Positions 18,896 through 28,398 are shown, counted from the stretch's first letter. The stretch: 64,000 bases of DNA from an uncultured Acidimicrobiia bacterium (GCA_963835005.1 CAWIEA010000001.1:153291-217290); one strand, 5' to 3'. Numbers and translations: made by a program. The notes: generated from the sequence alone by a model not told the origin.

Positions 18896-21064
18896 TCACG
18901 GGTCCTTGGGAAGACCCAGAACCCGCTCGCCGACGATGTTGCGCTGGATCTCGCTGGTGCCGCCCGCGATCGTCAGGCAGCGGGTGAAGAGGAACTGCTG
19001 CGACCACGATGCGGCGGCGCCGTCGGCGATCGCACCCTCCCCGGCCAGGAGCTCGAGCCCGACCTCCTGGGTGCGCTGGTCGTGCTCGACGCCGAGCAGC
19101 TTCTTCACCGACGCCTCGGAGCCCGACGGGTCCGCGCCGGTCAGCGCCGAGAGCGTGAGCCGGTACCCGAGCACCGCGAGCGCGTACCCGGTGGCGACGA
19201 GGTCGCCGACCTCGGTCAGCGTCTCGGTGTCGTCCTCGGCCCCCTTGGCCCGGACGATGTCGAGGATCCCGCGGATCCCGAAGCCGATCGTGGCGCCACT
19301 GCCCATCGACACGCGCTCGTTGGCGAGCGACGTCCGCGTCGCGCGCCAGCCGTCGTGCTCCGCGCCGACCAGGCAGTCGTCCGCGACGAACACCTCGTCG
19401 AGGAACACCTCGTTGAACATCGCGTCGCCGGTGAGCTCGCGCAGCGGGCGGATGTCGATGCCGTCGGACTTCATGTCGAGCATGAAGAACGAGATGCCCT
19501 CGTGCTTCGGCGCCTCGGGATCGGTGCGGGCGAGGAGGATGCCCCAGTCGGCCTGCTTGGCCATCGAGGTCCAGACCTTCTGCCCGCTGACGAGCCACCC
19601 ACCCTCGATGCGCTCGGCCTTCGTCGTCAGCGAGGCGAGGTCCGAGCCCGCACCGGGCTCGCTGAAGAGCTGGCACCACTGGATCTCACCGCGCAGCGTC
19701 GGCGGGATCCACCGCTGCTGCTGCTCCTCGGTCCCGTAGACCATGAGCGGCGGCAGGGCCCATCCCCCGATGGAGATGTTCGGGCGGACGATCCCGGCCT
19801 GCTTGAACTCGTCGTCGATGACGACCTGCTGCAGCGCGTCCGCGTCGCGACCCCATGGCTTCGGCCACTGCGGCTGCACGAAGCCCTCGTCGACCATGCG
19901 GCCGCGCTGCTCACTCTTGTCGAGCGCCGCGATCTCCGCAGCCTGCGCGCCGATCTCCTCGCGGTACTCGTCGGCACCGGCGGGCAGGTCCATGGTGAGG
20001 CGGCGCTTCACGCCCTGGAGCGCGAGCTTCGCAACGGCGACGCGGTAGTCCGACGCGCCGCCGAGCAACGCGCGGGTCGCCATCGCGCGCCGGAGGTAGA
20101 CGTGCGCGTCGTGCTCCCAGGTGAACCCGATGCCTCCGAGGGTCTGCACGCAGTCTTTGGCGGTCTGGAACGCGCCGTCGATCGAGAGCGCGGCCGCCGC
20201 CGCCGCCGCGAAACCCTCGGTGTCGGTGTCCCCGATCGCGCGCGCGGCGTCCCAGGTCGCGGCCCGGGCCAGCTCGGTCCGCGAGAGCATGTTGGCGCAG
20301 CGGTGCTTCACACCCTGGAACTGCCCGATGGGCCGGCCGAACTGGCGACGGTCCTTCGCGTACTCGGATGCCGTCGCCACACACCACTGCGAGAGCCCGA
20401 CCGCGTCCGCCGAGAACAACGTCGCCGCGATGCTCACGACCACCGGTGTCGTCAGCGCCACGAGCTGCCGGTCCGGCGGGACGACGACGCCGTCCTTCAC
20501 CGTGATCTCCGCGACACGGCGGGTCTTGTCGACGCTGTCGAGCTCCGTCGCCGCGAACTCGTCGGCAGTCAGCGCGACCCACGTCCCGCCCGCGTCGACG
20601 AGGAACAGGTTCGCCAGGTGGCCGGAGAGCACTGGTCGCGCCGTGCCACTGACCGCGATCCCACCGTCGACCGGCGACCCGTCGAGCGCGGCCTCGATGC
20701 CGACCGCGCCGACGACCGAGCCGTCGGCGAGCCCGGGCCCGAAGGTGCCGGCGACCTCCTTGCCCGCGGCCTGGACCACCGCACCGGCGATCGTCGTGGC
20801 CAGGAACGGGCCGGGCGCCGCGGCCGCGCCGAGCTCCTCGAGCACCACCGCGAGCTCGGGGATCCCGTAGCCCTCGCCGCCGACCGCCTCGTCGAGGTGG
20901 ATGCCGACCCAGCCCTGCGCCGCGAGGTCGGACCAGAAGGACGGCAGTGCCTCGGTCGGCTCGTCGAGCTGGGCCCGCGGCACGCTCGGTGGGCAGTGGC
21001 GCTCGGCCCATCCTCGGACCGCGTCGTGCAGCGCCAGGTGTTCGTCGGAGATCCCCATCGGCAT
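18896..21064 (-). CDS. Fused tandem acyl-CoA dehydrogenase (two ACAD modules in one 722-aa chain)
   Basis: Intact ORF. Module 1 has FGRPIGQFQGVKHRCANM and GGIGFTWEHDAHVYLRR. Module 2 has LFSEPGAGSDLASL, GQKVWTSMA and AGGTSEIQRNIVGERVLGLP. The architecture resembles fused alpha-beta ACADs such as mycobacterial FadE34. This is an architecture-level comparison only. Confidence 0.85.
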   Translation of the reverse strand: MPMGISDEHLALHDAVRGWAERHCPPSVPRAQLDEPTEALPSFWSDLAAQGWVGIHLDEAVGGEGYGIPELAVVLEELGAAAAPGPFLATTIAGAVVQAAGKEVAGTFGPGLADGSVVGAVGIEAALDGSPVDGGIAVSGTARPVLSGHLANLFLVDAGGTWVALTADEFAATELDSVDKTRRVAEITVKDGVVVPPDRQLVALTTPVVVSIAATLFSADAVGLSQWCVATASEYAKDRRQFGRPIGQFQGVKHRCANMLSRTELARAATWDAARAIGDTDTEGFAAAAAAALSIDGAFQTAKDCVQTLGGIGFTWEHDAHVYLRRAMATRALLGGASDYRVAVAKLALQGVKRRLTMDLPAGADEYREEIGAQAAEIAALDKSEQRGRMVDEGFVQPQWPKPWGRDADALQQVVIDDEFKQAGIVRPNISIGGWALPPLMVYGTEEQQQRWIPPTLRGEIQWCQLFSEPGAGSDLASLTTKAERIEGGWLVSGQKVWTSMAKQADWGILLARTDPEAPKHEGISFFMLDMKSDGIDIRPLRELTGDAMFNEVFLDEVFVADDCLVGAEHDGWRATRTSLANERVSMGSGATIGFGIRGILDIVRAKGAEDDTETLTEVGDLVATGYALAVLGYRLTLSALTGADPSGSEASVKKLLGVEHDQRTQEVGLELLAGEGAIADGAAASWSQQFLFTRCLTIAGGTSEIQRNIVGERVLGLPKDP

Positions 21065-21086
21065 GGAACCGATCCTACGGGCGCAC

Positions 21087-21102
21087 CTGACCGCCGTGTC
21101 AG
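21087..21102. promoter_or_regulatory. Operator-like palindrome CTGAC-N6-GTCAG (site 4)
   Basis: Sequence is ACCTGACcgccgtGTCAGGT. It lies in the 65-nt divergent gap between 21064 (minus) and 21130 (plus). An extra half-site CTGAC lies at 21121. Confidence 0.65.
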
Positions 21103-21129
21103 GTCCACGGCGGGCATAACCTGACGGCC

Positions 21130-22852
21130 ATGCATGACCTGGTGATCAGTGGGGGGACGCTCGTCGACGGCACCGGGGCGGCACCCCGGCGCGCCGACGT
21201 GGCCATCGACGGCGACCGCATCACGGAGGTCGGCGAGCTCGAGGACTCGGGCGCACGCCAGACCATCGATGCAGGAGGGATGGTCGTCACCCCCGGCTTC
21301 GTCGACGTCCACACGCATTTCGACGGCCAGATCACCTGGGACCCGATGCTCACGCCGTCGTGCTGGCACGGCGTCACGACCGTGGTCATGGGCAACTGCG
21401 GCGTCGGCTTCGCGCCCGTGCAGCCCGACAAGCACGAGTGGCTGATCGGCCTGATGGAGGGCGTCGAGGACATCCCCGGCGCCGCGCTGTCCGACGGCAT
21501 CCAGTGGGGCTGGGAGACGTTCCCCGAGTACCTCGACGCGGTCGACGCCGTACCGAAGATGCTCGACGTGGGCGCGCAGATCCCGCACGGCGCGGTCCGC
21601 GGCTACGTGATGGGCGAGCGCGGCGCGAAGAACGAGCCCGCGAACGAGGCCGACATCGAGGCGATGGCGAAGATCGTCTACGAAGCGATCACGGCGGGCG
21701 CGCTCGGCGTCTCGACGTCGCGGACCATCGCGCACATGGCGATCGACGGAGAGCCCGTGCCCGGCACGTTCGCGGCCGAGGACGAGCTGTTCGGCATCGG
21801 CCGGGCGCTCGGCGAGCTCGGCACCGGCATCTTCGAGCTCGCACCCGCGGGTGCGCTCGGTGAGGACCTCGCCGCCCCCGACCGCGAGATGGCGTGGATG
21901 CGCAAGCTCTCCGCGGCGATCGACCGCCCGGTCACGTTCGCGCTCACGCAGAACGACCACGACCCGGAGTCGTTCCGCCGGATGCTCGAGCTCGCGAGCG
22001 CGGCGACGGCCGAAGGCGCGCGCGATCCGCCCGCAGGTCGCGGGCCGGCCCGTCACGTTGCTGCTCGGCCTCCAGACGTTCCACCCGTTCGCCTACTGCC
22101 CGAGCTGGGGCCAGGTCGGGATCAAGGCGACGATGGCCGAGCGCATCGCGGTGATGAAGGACCCGGAGGTCCGCCGCAAGCTGGTCGCCGAGGCGCAGAC
22201 GCCGGACCCGGCGATGCTGCAGTTCCTCGATCCCGCGAAGGCGTTCCCCCTCGGCGACCCGCCGAACTACGAGCCCGACCCGTCGACGAGCATCGCCGCC
22301 CGCGCCGCCGCGCACGGCCGCGACGTCTACGACCTCTACTACGACCTCCTCATGGAGGACGGCGGGCAGGCGCTGATCATGCGTCCACTCCTCAACTACA
22401 CCGACAGCAATCTCGACGCGGTGCGCGAGATGCTGCTGCACCCCACGAGCGTGCTCGGCCTCGGTGACGGTGGCGCGCACTGCGGCACCACCTGCGACGC
22501 GTCGACGCCGACGTACATGCTCACGCACTGGGCGCGCGACCGTGAGCGTGAGCGCCTGCCGCTCGAGTGGGTCGTGCGGAAGATGACGTCCGAGACCGCG
22601 TCCCTCTACGGTCTCGGCGACCGGGGCGCGATCAAGCCGGGCCTGCGCGCCGACGTCAACGTCATCGACCACGGCCGGCTCCAGCTCCGCAGCCCGCACA
22701 TGGTCCACGACCTCCCCGGCGACGCGCGTCGCTTCGTGCAGGAGGCCGACGGCTACGTCGCCACCGTCGTCGCGGGTCAGGTCACCCTCGTCGAGGGCGA
22801 GGACACCGGCGCACGCCCGGGCCAGCTCGTCCGTGGCCAGCGCCCCGCCTGA
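21130..22852 (+). pseudogene. Amidohydrolase, D-aminoacylase family (paralog of 4067..5743); one +1 frameshift near 22024
   Basis: The ORF 21130..22467 frame carries [25 protein letters not shown] and [11 protein letters not shown] up to ...ATAEGAR. The reading then moves to the ORF 21851..22852 frame (IRPQVAGRPVTLLLGLQTFHPF..., LGLGDGGAH, GLRADVNVID). Confidence 0.8.
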
Positions 22853-22866
22853 CCCTGCGTCGTCCG

Positions 22867-23328
22867 GTGGCCGATCGCAGACGCCAGTTCCGCTTCTGGT
22901 CCGAGGCGTACGAGAACCTCTTCCGGCTCAACGGGCTGGTGAAGGAGTCCGGCCTCGAGCACCCGTTGCTCGAGCTCGTCAAGATGCGCGCCTCCCAGAT
23001 CAACGGCTGCGCGTTCTGCATCGACATGCACTCGAAGGACGCACGGCTCGCCGGCGAGACCGAGCAGCGGCTCTACGCGCTGAGCGCCTGGCGGGAGACG
23101 TCGTTCTTCAGCGACCGCGAGCGCGCCGCGCTGGCCATGACCGAGGCGGTGACCAAGCTCCCGGTCGGCCCGATCCCGGATGCCGTCGTCGACGACGCGT
23201 CCGAGGTGTTCTCCCGGGAGGAGATGACCGCGCTCGTGTACGCGATCATCGAGATCAACTCGTGGAACCGCCTCGCCCTCGCGACCGGTGCGCCCGAGCC
23301 CGGCAGCTACGAACCGCCGGGCGAGTAG
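22867..23328 (+). CDS. Carboxymuconolactone decarboxylase / alkylhydroperoxidase AhpD-family core domain protein
   Basis: GTG 22867 lies in the frame of ORF 22567..23328. LVKMRASQINGCAFCIDMHSKDA carries the CxxC motif of this family. Confidence 0.75.
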   Translation: MADRRRQFRFWSEAYENLFRLNGLVKESGLEHPLLELVKMRASQINGCAFCIDMHSKDARLAGETEQRLYALSAWRETSFFSDRERAALAMTEAVTKLPVGPIPDAVVDDASEVFSREEMTALVYAIIEINSWNRLALATGAPEPGSYEPPGE

Positions 23329-23338
23329 GGCCAGAGCG

Positions 23339-23503
23339 TTGCGCGCGCGTCGTCTGCTCACCGGCCTCGCCGGTTCGGGCGCGTTCGCGCTCGCGGGTGT
23401 GGTGACCGCGGGTGCCGGGCTCGCCGGCTGCAGCGACCGCAGCTGCCCGACCCGGATGCTCGGGGACGAGGCCGCCCAGCCCTCGTTGCTCAGCTCGGGG
23501 TGA
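23339..23503 (+). CDS. Possible very short Tat-signal lipoprotein or gene remnant
   Basis: TTG 23339 gives RARRLLTGLAGSGAFALAGVVTAGAGLAGC, a twin-Arg plus lipobox. Only 24 residues (CSDRSCPTRMLGDEAAQPSLLSSG) follow before the stop. The ORF overlaps the 3' end of the convergent thioesterase gene. Confidence 0.2.
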   Translation: MRARRLLTGLAGSGAFALAGVVTAGAGLAGCSDRSCPTRMLGDEAAQPSLLSSG

Positions 23504-24317
23504 GCTTCATCTCCTGGGCGATCGACAGGACGATGCGACCCTTCTCGTCGCGCATCACCGCGCGTAGCAGCCCGCGACCGCCGGCGTTCACGAGTGACTC
23601 GACCTCGTAGTAGAGCCAGTCGTCGGCGCGGGCCGGGCGGTGGAACCAGATCGCGTGATCGAGGCTGACCATGCCCTCGATGCCGATGTCGTCGTCGAGC
23701 AGGTGCGGACGGCCACCGACACCGGTCCAATCGCTGGCGAAGGCGAGGAGCGCGGTGTGCAGGTGGGGATCGTCCCGCAGCGGGGCCGGGATGCGGAACC
23801 ACTTCCGGTCGGTCGCCTCGTAGGTGCCGTCGGCGCGCGGCTTGGTCGGGCCGAGGTAGTGCGCAACCCACGGGCCGGGACCAGCGTCAGGCTCGACCGC
23901 GGCCTCGTCCCGGGCCGGGAGCCCGCCCGGAGCCGGGACGTCGTAGACGTAGCCGTCGGTGTCCTCGGTGAACGAGCAGAGCGCCTCGAGCACCGGCTTG
24001 CCGGCCTGCGACGCGACGAGGTGCCGGGAGCTGAACGAGCGTCCGTCGCGCACCGGCCGCAGCTCGTACTCGACCGGGGCCGACGACACGACCGGGCGCA
24101 GGAAGTACGCGTGCAGCGAGTGGAGGCGCCGCCCGGCCGGCGCGTCGACCGTCACCACGCTCGCGGCCTGCCCGAGCACGAACCCGCCGAACAGCACGTC
24201 GCCGAACCAGTCGGGGACCTCTCCGATCCACCGGCCGTCACCGTTCGGCCGGACAGTGAGGAACGCCACCATCTCCGCAACCGCCGTCTCGAGGTCGAGC
24301 GGCTCCTCCCCCGTCAT
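23490..24317 (-). CDS. Acyl-CoA thioesterase II-like (double hotdog)
   Basis: ATG 24317 gives 275 aa. GGFVLGQA, LHSLHAYFLRP, VRDGRSFSSR and DHAIWFHRP are typical of the TesB-type family. The upstream 118 codons of ORF 23490..24671 are noise. Confidence 0.8.
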   Translation of the reverse strand: MTGEEPLDLETAVAEMVAFLTVRPNGDGRWIGEVPDWFGDVLFGGFVLGQAASVVTVDAPAGRRLHSLHAYFLRPVVSSAPVEYELRPVRDGRSFSSRHLVASQAGKPVLEALCSFTEDTDGYVYDVPAPGGLPARDEAAVEPDAGPGPWVAHYLGPTKPRADGTYEATDRKWFRIPAPLRDDPHLHTALLAFASDWTGVGGRPHLLDDDIGIEGMVSLDHAIWFHRPARADDWLYYEVESLVNAGGRGLLRAVMRDEKGRIVLSIAQEMKLTPS

Positions 24318-24328
24318 GGAACCCGAGC

Positions 24329-25078
24329 CTAGGGAGCCACGGCTGACGGCTGACGCAGCTTCGCCAGACGCCGACGCCGCAAGCGAAAGGCGACCAACAC
24401 CGAGATCGGCACAAGTGTCGGGAGGAGGCGGGTGCCGAGGCGCACCGCAGCAATCCGGCGCCGAATGGACCCCGCATCGTTGAGATGCGGAAACGGTTGG
24501 CTGGGGACCGGCACCTCGAGGAACTCGCACAGCGGTGCCCAGCCCTGCGAGACCTCGAACACGAGAAGGCGGTTCCGCGGAACCGTCCGGACGACTCGCT
24601 CGACGTGCTGCTCGTAGACCACCGTCGCGGCGTCGCGGTCGACGAACCGACCACCGAAGATCCCGTCCCACACCAACCGTTCGTTCATCTCGAGGTAGCG
24701 GTCGGCGAGCGGAACGAGCCGGCGCATCCAGGTCGGGAACAGGTCACGGGCTCTGTAGATCGTGGACTCCGTGCTGCTCCACCATCGTGACGGGTCCCGC
24801 ACCGTCAGCACGACCTTGGCATCCGGGTAGTGGGCGGCGAGCTCCTCCCAAACGCAGCTCACCGGGAAGTCGACACCCGAGCCGTAGCGAGCGAACAGCT
24901 CGTCCCAATCCGCGGGAGCACCTCTGGCATGTTCGAGCCACCGTGAGATGTGCGACGGGTGCCGGAACACCTCTTCCATGTGGTACGTCGGGCCGAAGCC
25001 CAGGTCGTCCAGCGCGCGCTTCAGCGAGAGCGTTCCGGTGCGACCGAAGCCAGCACCGATGATGCGAAGGCCTGCCAA
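24329..25078 (-). CDS. Sulfotransferase family protein (Sulfotransfer_4-like)
   Basis: RIIGAGFGRTGTLSLKRAL is an N-terminal PAPS-binding-type loop, and the protein is about 250 aa. The start is uncertain. It is either TTG 25078 just after the patatin stop, or ATG 25135 overlapping it. Confidence 0.65.
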   Translation of the reverse strand: MAGLRIIGAGFGRTGTLSLKRALDDLGFGPTYHMEEVFRHPSHISRWLEHARGAPADWDELFARYGSGVDFPVSCVWEELAAHYPDAKVVLTVRDPSRWWSSTESTIYRARDLFPTWMRRLVPLADRYLEMNERLVWDGIFGGRFVDRDAATVVYEQHVERVVRTVPRNRLLVFEVSQGWAPLCEFLEVPVPSQPFPHLNDAGSIRRRIAAVRLGTRLLPTLVPISVLVAFRLRRRRLAKLRQPSAVAP

Positions 25079-25082
25079 CGCG

Positions 25083-26453
25083 TCAACCCGGCGGTTTCCG
25101 CTCGGTGCGGCAGTCGCCGGGTGGGAGGGGAGCACCGGCCTCCTTGCGCCGATCGACGAGCTCGTCGACCTCGCGGTGGGCCTCGTCGATCTCCTTCTCG
25201 ATCTGCTCGGACGTGCGGGGCGTCACCTCGGCCGCGGTCACGAACGGGCTGATGACCGGGCCTTCGAGGGCGCGCAGCTCCATCCGCAGCTCGGCGATGC
25301 GCGTGCTGATCGCCTCCTGGTCCGGCCCGAGCCCGAGCAGGACGTCGGCCGCCCGCATGTACCCGTAGTCGATCGACGCCGCGATCAGCGTGGGCTCGAC
25401 GGTCAGCGCATCGTGGACGTCGATCTGCGGCGCGATCACCGTGACCCGCCGCCCCCAGCCGCGCGGCGGGCTGATCTCCTTGCGCAGCGTCTCGTCGGGG
25501 ACGATGTCGGCCGTCACCCGCCGGGCGAGGTCGAGCAGGCCCTTGTCCTTCATGTCGGGCACGCGCTCGACACCCGGGGTCGACGCGACCACCGCGAAGA
25601 TGTGCCCCGCGCCGAGCCGGTTGAACGCGAGCTCGAGCGGGAGGATCTCGCGGACCCCACCGTCGACGTAGTGCTCGTCGCCGAGCCGGGTCGGCGGGAA
25701 CACGAGCGGGATCGACGCCGACGCGATCACAGCCTCGGTGATCGGGACCTTGTCGTGGTCGAGCGGCAAGCCCTCGCGATCCACGAGGTCGCCGTGCTCG
25801 GTGACGTATCGGAGCTCGCCGCTCTCGAGCGCGACCGCGCCGATGCGCAGCACGATCCCGGACTCGGCGATGCGCTCGGCGTCGATGTGCGTCTCGACGA
25901 GGTTGCGAACCGGCGCGTTGCTCAGGAGCGATCGGGCCTTCAGCGCTTGTCGGAGGGCCTCCAGCGTCCCGTCGGTCTCGGGCGGATGACGCACGACCTC
26001 GGAGAGCATGCGGAGGACGACACGCGCCTGGCTGCCCGCGGTGCCGTTCTCACCGGCGCGCTCGCGCAGCTCCGCCGCCCACGCGGCCTGCGACCGCAGC
26101 TTCTCCAGCCACGGCTCGGCGAGCCACATGTCGTCGTTGGACTTCAGGCCCCGCCAGATCCCCTCGATGTCGTCGATCGCGCGGCGCCCGGTCTCGGGAT
26201 CGTCACCCTCGGCGAGCTTGGCCGCGAGGATCGACCCGACCGAGCTGCCGCAGATGATCGCGGGCCTCAGCTTCAGGTCGTCGTAGAGGAAGCGGAGCGC
26301 GCCGGCCTCGAAGCTCCCCTGCGACCCACCCCCGCTCAGCGCGAACGCGATGGGGCTTCGCGCCATGCGACGGCGCAGGTTGGTGCGGGCGGTGCGGACC
26401 CACTTGGCGGGTCCGCCGTCGACGGCCTTGCGCGGCGGTTCGGGATTCGCCAC
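25083..26453 (-). CDS. Patatin-like phospholipase with C-terminal coiled-coil tail
   Basis: Intact 456-aa ORF. It has a GGGSQG oxyanion motif, a GSSVG (GxSxG) nucleophile elbow and YVDGGV (catalytic Asp). Confidence 0.85.
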   Translation of the reverse strand: MANPEPPRKAVDGGPAKWVRTARTNLRRRMARSPIAFALSGGGSQGSFEAGALRFLYDDLKLRPAIICGSSVGSILAAKLAEGDDPETGRRAIDDIEGIWRGLKSNDDMWLAEPWLEKLRSQAAWAAELRERAGENGTAGSQARVVLRMLSEVVRHPPETDGTLEALRQALKARSLLSNAPVRNLVETHIDAERIAESGIVLRIGAVALESGELRYVTEHGDLVDREGLPLDHDKVPITEAVIASASIPLVFPPTRLGDEHYVDGGVREILPLELAFNRLGAGHIFAVVASTPGVERVPDMKDKGLLDLARRVTADIVPDETLRKEISPPRGWGRRVTVIAPQIDVHDALTVEPTLIAASIDYGYMRAADVLLGLGPDQEAISTRIAELRMELRALEGPVISPFVTAAEVTPRTSEQIEKEIDEAHREVDELVDRRKEAGAPLPPGDCRTERKPPG

Positions 26454-26463
26454 GGGGCCCGGG

Positions 26464-26673
26464 TCAGACGATCTTCTGCCCGTCTTTGACGAGCGAGATC
26501 GCCTGCGTCGGACAGCCCTGGGCCGCCAGGATGATCTTGTCCTCGGGTGCGCCGTCGGGGTCGATCACGATCGCGACCCCGTCGTCGTCGAGGTCGAACA
26601 CGCCGGGCGCCCAGAAGGAGCAGTTCCCCGAACCCATGCACACCTCACGGTCGATGGCGATCTCGAGCGTCAC
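26464..26673 (-). CDS. Small ferredoxin (single-cluster 3Fe-4S/4Fe-4S type, P450-partner-like)
   Basis: GTG 26673 gives 69 aa. VCMGSGNC ... AAQGCP shows the cluster-ligand pattern of actinobacterial Fdx proteins. Confidence 0.75.
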   Translation of the reverse strand: MTLEIAIDREVCMGSGNCSFWAPGVFDLDDDGVAIVIDPDGAPEDKIILAAQGCPTQAISLVKDGQKIV

Positions 26674-26730
26674 TGCGTCCTCCTCGGGGTCCTCGGTCGC
26701 AGGGCCCAACCTAGCGCCGCTCCCCCGCAC

Positions 26731-26746
26731 CTGACGGACCCGTCAG
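26731..26746. promoter_or_regulatory. Operator-like palindrome CTGAC-N6-GTCAG (site 5)
   Basis: Sequence is CTGACggacccGTCAG. It lies in the divergent gap between the ferredoxin start (26673) and the amidohydrolase start (26768). Confidence 0.65.
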
Positions 26747-26767
26747 GCTCCTCGTAGCCTGGGGATC

Positions 26768-28016
26768 GTGACGAGGACCGACTCCGAGCGGCAATGGGAG
26801 CTCCACTGGCGCAAGAGCGACACGCACGGGCTGCTTCCCGATCCGGAGCCGCGCCCGATCCGCCACACCCTCATCTCGGTGGACGACCACCTCGTCGAGC
26901 CACCGGCGATGTTCGAAGGCCGGCTGCCGGCGCGGCTCCAGGAGCTGGCGCCCAAGGTCGTCGAGACCGTCGAGGGACACGAGGTGTGGGAGTTCGACGG
27001 GAAGATCTTCTTCCAGGTCGGGCTGAACGCGGTCGTCGGCCGGTCCCGTGAGGACTGGCACATGGAGCCGACCCGCTTCGAGGAGATGCGGCCCGGCTGC
27101 TGGGATGTCGACGCCCGCGTGCGCGACATGGACATCAACGGCGTCTGGGCATCCGTGAACTTCCCGAGCCAGATCACCGGGCTTCTGCGGCTCGGTGTTC
27201 TCGCGCTGCTCCGACCCCGAGCTCGGGCTCGCGGTGACCAAGGCCTGGAACGACTGGTTCTTCGAGGAGTGGCACTCGAAGCATCCCGACCGGATCGTCC
27301 CGATGGGCATCACGTTCCTCGCCGACGCCGAGCTCGCGGCCGAGGAGATCCGCCGGAACGCGGCCCGCGGCTTCACCGCAGTGACGCTGCCGGAGCAGCC
27401 ACACCGGATCGGGATGGAGCCCATCTTCTCCGACTGGTGGGAGCCGATCTTCGCCGCGTGCGCGGAGACGCAGACGGTCGTCTGCCTGCACGTCGGGTCG
27501 AGCGGCGTCGTCGACTTCCCCGCGGGCGCGCCGGTGAAGGAGCTGCCGGCCACGCTGTTCGGCCAGCTCGCGTTGACGTCGTGCGCGGAGTGGCTCTGGT
27601 CGAAGTGCTGCGTCCGCCACCCCGAGCTGCAGATCGCGATGAGCGAGGGCGGCATCGGTTGGGTCGCGATGCTGCACGACCGGCTCGAGAACCTCGTCGA
27701 CCGCTCGGGCTACGGACGGAGCTTCGCGCCCGGGCTCCGGCCGGCCGACGTGCTGCACCGCAACTTCTGGTTCTGCACGATCGACGACCCGTCGACGCTC
27801 TCGACGCTGCCGACCGTCGGCGTCGACCACGTGATGTTCGAGACCGACTACCCCCACGGCGACGGCACCTGGCCCGACAGCCAGCAGGTCTTCGCCGACG
27901 TCTTCGGCGACCTGCCGCCCGACTGGGTGGCCAAGATCAGCCACGAGAACGCGGCTCGCCTCTTCCGCCACCCCCTGCCCCCGCCCGGCTCCCCCCACGC
28001 CGCCGGCCTCCGCTAG
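26768..28016 (+). pseudogene. Amidohydrolase_2 (ACMSD/LigW-like metal-dependent hydrolase/decarboxylase) family; one +1 frameshift near 27180
   Basis: The ORF 26768 frame carries ISVDDHLVEPPAMFEGRLP and DMDINGVWASVNFPSQITG. One extra base later FCGSVFSRCSDPELG joins ORF 27195..28016 (MSEGGIGW, MFETDYPHGDGTWP). Paralog of 55645..56928. Confidence 0.8.
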
Positions 28017-28020
28017 CTCG

Positions 28021-28068
28021 TTTCGGTGCGAGTTATCGGTGCTGGAGCGCCGACAAGTCACGCCGAAA
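28021..28068. repeat. Intergenic palindromic element (CTCGTTTCGGTG subfamily), imperfect
   Basis: TTTCGGTGCGAGTT-(20 nt)-AAGTCACGCCGAAA. The left flank AGCTCGTTTCGGTGCG matches the elements at 13762 and 36915. It sits between convergent genes ending at 28016 and 28080. Confidence 0.7.
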
Positions 28069-28079
28069 GGGGGCTGAGG

Positions 28080-28370
28080 TCAGTCGCCGAGGAGCCAGAG
28101 GAACTGGTTGACCTCGCCCGCGACCTGGTCGGCCATCTGGACGACGAGGCTCAGGGCGTCGTCGTCGGGATCGCCCCGACGGGTGATCTCGATCGCGAGC
28201 TGACCGGCCTGGGCGGCGTTGAAGATCGTCGTTCCGAACGGGTCGACGAACCGCAGGCACGCGAACCACGGGTCCTCGGCGACCTCGGCGGTCAGCGCCG
28301 CGATCTGGCCGGTGTCGTGCACGCGGTCCAGGACGTCGCCGCGCTCGTTGCGGATCTCCACCGTGTGCAT
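28080..28370 (-). CDS. Small acidic hypothetical protein (96 aa)
   Basis: Intact ORF with protein-like composition (MHTVEIRNERGDVLDRVHDTGQIAALTAEV...). No family recognised. Confidence 0.45.
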   Translation of the reverse strand: MHTVEIRNERGDVLDRVHDTGQIAALTAEVAEDPWFACLRFVDPFGTTIFNAAQAGQLAIEITRRGDPDDDALSLVVQMADQVAGEVNQFLWLLGD

Positions 28371-28398
28371 CGGACCCAGTGTCGCCGTTGCCGGCGAG

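Noticed and set aside
25083-26453. Patatin-like phospholipase as a defence (CBASS-type) effector
   Set aside because: There is no cyclase, sensor, or other defence gene nearby. The gene is embedded in a metabolic operon under the lipid-regulon operator.
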